Shown here in pieces: positions 47,286 to 53,621 of a stretch of DNA of 53,621 nucleotides; positions within the stretch are counted from its first letter, which is position 1; each line of letters starts with the position of its first letter. Both the position numbers and the translations under genes were made by a program. The notes under the pieces were generated by a model. That model was given only the letters and a program-made list of their open reading frames with translations. It was not told where the DNA came from and did no database searches. Source of the stretch: a virus (Duplodnaviria; Caudoviricetes); IMG/VR virus record IMGVR_UViG_3300028326_000230, positions 1 through 53,621 of that record; one strand, written 5' to 3'.

Positions 47286-47477
47286 TCATGCCTGCAAATC
47301 TTTTTTCGTGCGCTCCTTCCACCAACGGAGAACATTTTCCTTGTCCGCAGTGTAGCTATATCCATCCTTTTTTACTGGCATTCCTTCCTCTATGTAGCGC
47401 AGGAACCGGCGGCGTCCGATACCACCGAGCACTTTGCAAATTGCAGCCATGCTACTCAAAACTGTTTCTTCGCCCAT
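47286..47477 (-). CDS. Small MerR/excisionase-like HTH DNA-binding protein
   Basis: LSSMAAICKVLGGIGRRRFLRYIEEGMPV...YTADKENVLRWW winged-HTH pattern. Confidence 0.7.
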   Translation of the reverse strand: MGEETVLSSMAAICKVLGGIGRRRFLRYIEEGMPVKKDGYSYTADKENVLRWWKERTKKDLQA

Positions 47478-47480
47478 AAA

Positions 47481-48137
47481 TCAATACCCCGCCACGTTAC
47501 CGGAATTTTCTGACTGCTCTTTTGGCTGCCGTTGCATCGCCGCGCGCTCATCGCAGTACGCGATGGCCCACACGAGCGCCGCCACGGCCGGGAAATCCTC
47601 GATCTTACGGCGCACATCCCGCCCGGCATCCTCGATCTTGGCAATAAGGTCGCGGTTTTTAAGCAGCAGGGCCGCCCGACCTACGATGCGACGTTGCAGA
47701 TAGGGCAACCAGTCTTCCAACACCTGCCATCCCTTCCCTATGCCGGGGGCTGGGCGCAGGTGGATACGCGGCCGGGCCTCCTGGGTCAGCCGGGCGTTGA
47801 ACGGTCGCAGCCGGCTATGGAACGGATGCCAGGGATTGCCGACCCAGACGGACACGGCCGAGCGCCCCAGGGAGTCGTCGGCCAGGGGGGCGATCTGGGA
47901 GGCCAGCTCCAGAAGCTGCTCCACATCCGCCTCGGCCACGTACTCGACCAGGTGCAAGACACGGATACCGTCAATGGCATCCGCGCGCGCATCCTCGGCC
48001 AGGGCCACAATCGCCCCGGGGGTGACCAGCTTGGGCCAGCACAGCCCGGCCACGATTCTGGTGAAGCACAGCTTGGATTCCGCGTCCCGCAGCCTGGTCA
48101 AACCGGACAGCGGTTCGACATAGGATTCGATCTTCAT
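47481..48137 (-). CDS. Hypothetical protein coupled to terL
   Basis: 218-aa ORF with ATGA overlap with the terL stop. Confidence 0.7.
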   Translation of the reverse strand: MKIESYVEPLSGLTRLRDAESKLCFTRIVAGLCWPKLVTPGAIVALAEDARADAIDGIRVLHLVEYVAEADVEQLLELASQIAPLADDSLGRSAVSVWVGNPWHPFHSRLRPFNARLTQEARPRIHLRPAPGIGKGWQVLEDWLPYLQRRIVGRAALLLKNRDLIAKIEDAGRDVRRKIEDFPAVAALVWAIAYCDERAAMQRQPKEQSENSGNVAGY

Positions 48138-49768
48138 TGCAAATTTGTCCCTGCAAAAACACTGTTGGCGGAATAATCAGCCGCAATGCAAAAGTAGTTG
48201 AACGCGTGTCTGTAGTGATCCGGCCCGAGCTTAACCCAAGTATAGACCTTACTCCCCGTCTCTTCGTCCTCTTCCAACTTCTTGGCTGTATTGGAGCAAT
48301 GCTTTGCAAACTCCTCAACAGCTTCACATTGGCGTGGGAGCACAACGACCTTCCTACTCAAGGCATCATGCGAGGCATCCAAGCTTTCCGTCCGATTGAC
48401 GGAAACCTGTTTTTTCCCCTCATCCCAGGCATAGGCGCCTTTCTGATGGGCGCTGTACCAGTTCAAAAAAACCCGACCTGGGAACCGGTCCGCGAATTCC
48501 CGGGCCTTCCGCGTCTCAGGCATACCGTCGATGACGCACCGAATGATGTTGAAAGCCTTCATCAACCCATCAAGTTGTTCAAAATCGCGATACTCGCCAA
48601 TATGCTTGATCACTTTGTTGCGCGGCCCGATAACAAGATGCAGCCCCTTCCCCTGGTCAACACCCATATAATTGGGGTCAGGATCGCTAGAAGCCATTCC
48701 ATGCGAACCGCACAGCTTCAGCACGTCCTCTTCCGTGATCCGGCAATCTGCTTCTACATAGGCTAGCCCGAGCTTGTAGTTATAAAACGCGGCCATGTTG
48801 AGGGTGGTACGATAATCCAATAAGATTTCCTGGGGCGTCACGTACTGCGAAAAAAGTTGGCTGTACTGGCGGCCGCGCCAGTCCGTCACCCCTGGCCGCT
48901 GAGCCACCCATTCCCCCTGTGCCGGATGCAACACACCTTCACGACAATGGTGGCAAAGCAACACGACTTCTCCATCCTTCCTCTCGCACAGCATATCCGG
49001 GGCCACGCGCTCCCGGGGTTTGGCGCCGGCTTCCCATTCCCCGATCGGATCGGTCCACTTCCCACACCGTGGGCACTTGAGGAGCCAGCGCCGGCCATCC
49101 GACAGCTTGTAGGTCCGGTCCACTCCATAATCGGGCAGCGTCGGGTTCGAGAGGTCCAGCTCCCACTTGAAATCCGAATGGCCCATGCGCTCTTTCGACA
49201 CGGCGAAAATCTCGGGTGACATCAGGTCCGACTCATCCCGGATGACCAGATCCACCGGATCGGAACGCAAGCCTTCGACCGATTTCGTTCCGCGAAAATA
49301 TAGGTTTTTCCCGCGTACGCGCTTGAGCGAAATGGAATCCGTATCCACGACATACTTTCCGAGTGAGTCTGGATTGCGTTCGATGAGCGGCCCGACGCGC
49401 GACCGGGAGAAGTCGCCGGAACCTTTGGAGGACGGAAAGAGGTACAGAATGCCGACGAACGGCATGAACAGTGCACACCAGAACGCCCACAGGATGGCCC
49501 TCGTCGTATTGCCCATCTGCGCACATTTGATCTCCACTTGGCGCGGATGATTGTCGGAATATGGCTCCTGCAAGCATTCGTGACGGGAGAAGGAGAACAG
49601 GCCCCTATCAAGGGCTACCCCCATCTGGCAGGCCCACCCCCCTACCCCCCCGGGGGGGGCCTCCTCGGTCGATCGCACGGCCGACTGGAGTCTGGTGGTG
49701 AAGTCGGCCAGGAGCGAGCCGCGCCCGCTCCCAGCCAGCAATCTGGATGTCCGTTTGGGTCCTGCCAT
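48134..49768 (-). CDS. Terminase large subunit (GpA-like)
   Basis: KCAQMGNT Walker A variant, LVIRDESD Walker B, SNPT, CPRC/CHHC Zn motif and YMGVDQG nuclease motif. Confidence 0.88.
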   Translation of the reverse strand: MAGPKRTSRLLAGSGRGSLLADFTTRLQSAVRSTEEAPPGGVGGWACQMGVALDRGLFSFSRHECLQEPYSDNHPRQVEIKCAQMGNTTRAILWAFWCALFMPFVGILYLFPSSKGSGDFSRSRVGPLIERNPDSLGKYVVDTDSISLKRVRGKNLYFRGTKSVEGLRSDPVDLVIRDESDLMSPEIFAVSKERMGHSDFKWELDLSNPTLPDYGVDRTYKLSDGRRWLLKCPRCGKWTDPIGEWEAGAKPRERVAPDMLCERKDGEVVLLCHHCREGVLHPAQGEWVAQRPGVTDWRGRQYSQLFSQYVTPQEILLDYRTTLNMAAFYNYKLGLAYVEADCRITEEDVLKLCGSHGMASSDPDPNYMGVDQGKGLHLVIGPRNKVIKHIGEYRDFEQLDGLMKAFNIIRCVIDGMPETRKAREFADRFPGRVFLNWYSAHQKGAYAWDEGKKQVSVNRTESLDASHDALSRKVVVLPRQCEAVEEFAKHCSNTAKKLEEDEETGSKVYTWVKLGPDHYRHAFNYFCIAADYSANSVFAGTNLQ

Positions 49769-50096
49769 GGTCCTGACCTCACCTTCTGGCGATGCCGGCT
49801 GCAGCCCACGCGATCCGGGCCGAGCCGCTTGCCCTCTCTTGACGTGTGCATCCGACTGCGCTAACCCTCACAATCGGCGTAACACGTAACCGTTTGAAAT
49901 GTCTCAGAATGGCCATTATGTCAACTTTGCCAACTTTTTTCTTCTGTGATTTTGGGTGGTTACAAAAAACCGGGTTTCGGCCAGTTTTCGGACCACGTTT
50001 TGTGCGCATACTGCATACCGATTCAATTTTCAGTATCACTAGCGTAGCACGAATACCCAAACTACCCTCTCACCACTTTTCCGGCTTGGCACGGTT

Positions 50097-50648
50097 TTAG
50101 ATCTCGTTTCTTGACTTAGACAGTCCGAAATCGAGAGCACTCACTGTGGCGTCGACCGCCTGGAGCCGGCGCACAATGTCGATTGCAATCTCGGGCGCAA
50201 TCTCTTGAATCACCTGCATGACCGTTTCTTGGAAGCGCATGACACGCTCAATATCGAACTTGGTGCGTTTGATCGTGTTGTCGAGTTCTAGAAGCTTCCG
50301 CAGTTCTCCGAGCAATGCCAGATAGGCCTTGAGCATTTCCCCTCGTCGCCCTGCCAAGCGTTCCAGTTTCCCTTTAGCCTGCCAATCGCCGTCCAATGCG
50401 GCCTGGAAAAGGGAGGACAAGTCCCTCGCCTGTTCGGCCAACGCTGCTAATTGGGCCAAGGCATCGTGCTGACGCGAAAGCACTTCCGCTTGAATAACAG
50501 GTGGCGCGGCATTGGACACTGCAGACTCACAGCGTTTCTTGACCTTCGAGACATACGCTTCTGAAACAGTGAAGCGCAGTGCCATCTGTTTTTGTGTCAA
50601 GCCTTCCTTGCGGCACCCGAGATAGTCTTGCTCTGTGAACTTCGCCAT
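50097..50648 (-). CDS. HTH protein, putative terminase small subunit
   Basis: GLTQKQMALRFTVSEAYVSKVKK HTH plus helical oligomerisation region; upstream of terL. Confidence 0.6.
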   Translation of the reverse strand: MAKFTEQDYLGCRKEGLTQKQMALRFTVSEAYVSKVKKRCESAVSNAAPPVIQAEVLSRQHDALAQLAALAEQARDLSSLFQAALDGDWQAKGKLERLAGRRGEMLKAYLALLGELRKLLELDNTIKRTKFDIERVMRFQETVMQVIQEIAPEIAIDIVRRLQAVDATVSALDFGLSKSRNEI

Positions 50649-50743
50649 ACGGATTACTCAACTCAGCATGGAAGTAAACTCTACTAAACTGTTTGATTAA
50701 TTTCAACGTGTAAATCTTAACTCACTTTTACTCTATTTTTCAG

Positions 50744-51586
50744 TTAAGGCGGTACACTTTTACAAGTTTGCAGTTTATTATTCTTGATACTGCATGAACG
50801 CTTCACACTTTCTTCAAATTCGGCATCGCTTACAGCCCGACCAGTGGACACTGGCTCGTTACTCCCCATTTTGAGTATAATCTGCGTGAAACGAGTCCGG
50901 AGACGTTTGGGTGAGAGAATAATCCCGGACCAGAAGGGATCTTCTTGGGCCCACCGGATCACCGCTTCGACCTCATCCGGAGTTCTGGGGTTGTCGCCGG
51001 AGAAAAGCCGATCCATGTCCCTCGCCCACCTGTCCATGTCTGGCGGCTTTGCTTTGGGATCACGTTTTTGAACCAGTTCGAAAAGAAGCTCTCCAAGCCT
51101 CCGCCCGTTTTCGGGTGGAGGTAAGGAGGTCTTTAAAGCTAAAGGAGCAGGAGAAGGAGCAGGAGAAGGGGCATTGCTTGTTTGTGCTTGGGGCAATGCT
51201 CCAAGCATGCTTGGAGCATTTTTGTCTTTGCTGCCCCATCGGGCAAGGGCGGCCTTCCTAGCTTTTTCTGTTCGCATTTCCGCATGGATAGCATAGCCCT
51301 GATGATCCTCCCAATCATGAAGAACATACACTCCGTCTTCGGTAATATCGACAAAGCCGCTCTCAAGTAACGCATTAACGAATTTATCCGGCTCATCTTC
51401 CCAACCGGCTTCGAGCGCAATATCTCGCGGCTTCATTCCTGTTAGAATTCCAGACGGATGATTCATCGCGGTCGAAATCCATAAGTCGATAAGATAGTCC
51501 GTGGAACCTGGCCCGAGCAGCATGCGCAAGAGCCGTCGTTTTCTGTGTCCCTTGAAGGAAACGGCAATTCGGATGTCCGTGTTCAT
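50744..51586 (-). CDS. Phage replication initiation protein
   Basis: DIRIAVSFKGHRK...LIDLW...LHDWEDHQ N-domain, PSPAPSPAP linker, and IRWAQEDPFWSGIILSPKRLR C-domain (lambda O C-terminal-like); start at ATG 51586. Confidence 0.8.
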   Translation of the reverse strand: MNTDIRIAVSFKGHRKRRLLRMLLGPGSTDYLIDLWISTAMNHPSGILTGMKPRDIALEAGWEDEPDKFVNALLESGFVDITEDGVYVLHDWEDHQGYAIHAEMRTEKARKAALARWGSKDKNAPSMLGALPQAQTSNAPSPAPSPAPLALKTSLPPPENGRRLGELLFELVQKRDPKAKPPDMDRWARDMDRLFSGDNPRTPDEVEAVIRWAQEDPFWSGIILSPKRLRTRFTQIILKMGSNEPVSTGRAVSDAEFEESVKRSCSIKNNKLQTCKSVPP

Positions 51587-51814
51587 GCGAAAATTCCGGT
51601 TCGTTTGTGCGTGAGCATTGCCCAAATCAAAAACGAGCATTGCTAAATCATGCTCGGAGCATATCCATTGAGAATTATTATGTTTCGCAGCGAAACCAAC
51701 TCTCGCTACGAACAACAATTCCCGATCATCAAAACACTGTGCGCGCGATCTGATGTACGCATTTCAGACTCCATGCTATCAAGGAAGTATGCCAGATAAC
51801 CCATGCCGAACGAC

Positions 51815-53167
51815 TCATCCTTCCTCGAATCGAACGTAATTTTTTCGATACCAAATTGGTACAGTCCCAGTTCCTGTGTTACGACCTTTTGCAACAATGA
51901 GATTTGTTTCAACATTGTCTGTAGATGCTGTCCACGGCTCGATAAAAATTATAATATCAGCATCTTGTTCGATAGCGCCAGACTCACGAAGATCACTCAT
52001 AAGCGGCTTTTTGTTTGTCCGTTTTTCGACATCTCTATTAAGCTGCGCAAGTAATACAATAGGTATATTCAACTCTTTTGCAGTTTCCTTTATCGACCGG
52101 GATATTTCAGCAAGTTCCTGTTCTCTATTTCGAAATTGCCTGTGCTCAGGTGGTACTAGCTGTAAGTAGTCAATAATGATTAGATCAAGTCCGCTCTCGC
52201 GCTTCCATCGCCGACAGGCGGTACGGATGTCCGTCGGCCGATTGGCTGGTTTGTCATAGATATAAAAGGGCAGGTTCTTGAAATACTCTGCATAGGCATA
52301 AAGTTTATTCCACTCGTCATCCGTGAACCGGCCATCCCGAAAACCCCTGGCTCGTACATTCGCACCCGATGCGAATAAACGATTGCACAGCAGGTATTTG
52401 CCCATTTCCAAAGAAAACAGACCAACCTTCGCACCGTTCCCGACCGCATGGTCGGCCAGATTCAGTGCAAGCGCCGTTTTTCCGTTACCCGGCCGACCAG
52501 CGACAATAGCCACCTCGCCCGGGAAAAAGCCTGTTATGATCTCATTGAGCCTCCGCCAGGGGGTGCTGATGGCCCCACCGCCAGTCTCCCCCAGCTTTTC
52601 CAAATAGCCGAAATAGTCATTGAGAAATTCTGCTGGGGTTTCGCCCGCCGTATCCAAGCGGTCCCGCAGAACCGCATCGCTCGCCATCTGGGCATAATTG
52701 AGGAATTCTGCAGGTTCACGTTCAGGATCATAGGCGATGTCCAACATGCGCATGCCCATGTCCACCATAGCGCGGCGCTTTGCCATGGCTCTGACGATGG
52801 CCGCATGATTTTTGGCATTAGCAAGGGCGATAGGCGCCGCCTCGGTGAGGCTGGCGAGGTAAGCCGGGCCACCAATTTTTTCGAGTTCTCCCTGGCTGCG
52901 CAGCTCTTCAGCTACGGTGACGAGGTCAACAGGCTTACCCCGCTGCCACAGGTTGCTCGCAGCAGCCAGTATGAGCCGATGTACAGGGCTGTAGAAATCC
53001 ACCGATCGCAGTTCGGAAAGAAGGCTGTCGAGCATTGTGGGACGCGTCAGGAGCGCACCCAGCACGGATGATTCCGCCTCCAGGTTCTGGGGCGGTACTT
53101 TTTTGCGAAGAGCCTCCTCCAGCGAGGCCAGCCCAGATTCAACCGGCCGTGATCGTGGCGCGCTCAT
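51815..53167 (-). CDS. dnaB: Replicative DNA helicase DnaB (phage-borne)
   Basis: PPQNLEAESSVLG, AGRPGNGKT, IIIDYLQL, LAQLNR, DLRESGAIEQDAD; RBS AAGGAG before ATG 53167. Confidence 0.95.
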   Translation of the reverse strand: MSAPRSRPVESGLASLEEALRKKVPPQNLEAESSVLGALLTRPTMLDSLLSELRSVDFYSPVHRLILAAASNLWQRGKPVDLVTVAEELRSQGELEKIGGPAYLASLTEAAPIALANAKNHAAIVRAMAKRRAMVDMGMRMLDIAYDPEREPAEFLNYAQMASDAVLRDRLDTAGETPAEFLNDYFGYLEKLGETGGGAISTPWRRLNEIITGFFPGEVAIVAGRPGNGKTALALNLADHAVGNGAKVGLFSLEMGKYLLCNRLFASGANVRARGFRDGRFTDDEWNKLYAYAEYFKNLPFYIYDKPANRPTDIRTACRRWKRESGLDLIIIDYLQLVPPEHRQFRNREQELAEISRSIKETAKELNIPIVLLAQLNRDVEKRTNKKPLMSDLRESGAIEQDADIIIFIEPWTASTDNVETNLIVAKGRNTGTGTVPIWYRKNYVRFEEG

Positions 53168-53192
53168 GGTCGCTCTCCTTACCAAATACCAG

Positions 53193-53219
53193 TTGACGTG
53201 GTTCCATAATTTGGTACCG
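53193..53219 (+). promoter_or_regulatory. Putative hicAB promoter/operator
   Basis: TTGACG (53193) followed by two near-palindromes, TGGTTCCA (53199) and TGGTACCG (53212). Confidence 0.5.
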
Positions 53220-53226
53220 ATTTGAC

Positions 53227-53481
53227 ATGAACACCCGGAATACAAAGACGCTCGCCGCGATCTTTAGCCGTCCGACTCCGGCAGGCATCCGATGGGAGGA
53301 CATCGAAGCGCTCTTGCGCGCCCTGGATGCAACCGTCACTGAAGGCCGGGGTTCACGGGTTCGCGTGGTCCTGGCGGATGTGGCCGCGACCTTCCATCGG
53401 CCGCATCCCGGCCCGGTGGCCAAAAAGGGTGCAGTGGAAAGTGTCCGGGAGTTTCTGAAAAATGCGGGAGTAAAGCCATGA
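53227..53481 (+). CDS. hicA: HicA toxin (type II TA)
   Basis: TLAAIFSRPTPAGIRWEDIEALL...EGRGSRVRV...FHRPHP. Confidence 0.92.
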   Translation: MNTRNTKTLAAIFSRPTPAGIRWEDIEALLRALDATVTEGRGSRVRVVLADVAATFHRPHPGPVAKKGAVESVREFLKNAGVKP

Positions 53482-53621
53482 ATGCCATGACATACAAGGG
53501 CTATACGGGAACATTTGAATTCATTCCCGACGACAACGAATTTCACGGTCACGTCATCGGCATCCGGGATGTCGTGCATTTCTCCGGCCGATCGGTTGAC
53601 GAACTGCGGCAGGCCCTGGCC
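53478..53621 (+). CDS. hicB: HicB antitoxin (partial, runs off the window)
   Basis: Manual translation MNAMTYKGYTGTFEFIPDDNEFHGHVIGIRDVVHFSGRSVDELRQALA; ATGA overlap with hicA. Confidence 0.92.
   Translation, partial: MNAMTYKGYTGTFEFIPDDNEFHGHVIGIRDVVHFSGRSVDELRQALA

Larger units (their letters stand above)
7577..53167 (-). mobile_element. Prophage core (replication, packaging, lysis, head, tail/ejection genes); ends not visible
   Basis: Co-oriented, translationally coupled gene run with DnaB, TerL, portal, major capsid, endolysin and holin. No integrase or att site in the window. Confidence 0.92.

Noticed and set aside
49779-50060. 93-aa ORF between the putative terS and terL
   Set aside because: No convincing RBS or motif; the region may be non-coding packaging or regulatory DNA.
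51587-51814. Short ORFs between dnaB and the replication gene
   Set aside because: Fragments in different frames with no recognisable product; neither a gene nor a pseudogene call can be supported.

Overview
This window holds most of a GC-rich temperate phage genome with podovirus-like gene content. The host is probably a Desulfovibrio-like deltaproteobacterium (inference only). Phage genes run on the minus strand from ~53170 to ~7577 in this order: DnaB helicase, replication protein, putative TerS, GpA-type TerL, a lysis cassette (SLT endolysin, membrane proteins, patatin phospholipase, holin), portal, scaffold, N4-gp56-like major capsid, adaptor/tail genes, ejection-type proteins and a ~4467-aa DarB-like polyvalent protein. 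The left end is an AT-rich accessory region: an IS3 end, three morons, an IS200 remnant, an IS1595 transporter element carrying a PIN-domain gene pair, and a SRAP-umuDC cassette. hicAB sits at the right edge. The top candidate novel system is a stand-alone Cas7/RAMP-like gene (9003-9632) followed immediately by a 72-nt array with 5-nt periodicity (GYG+NN), with no CRISPR array or other cas genes; this suggests a minimal phage RNA-guided system. Other notable signals are a membrane-anchored moron carrying a 42%-identical copy of the giant protein's N-terminal domain (possible decoy or superinfection exclusion), an out-of-frame gene nested inside the giant gene, and a virion protein with mirror-symmetric repeat arms. 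All family assignments come from motif recognition by eye, with no database searches.
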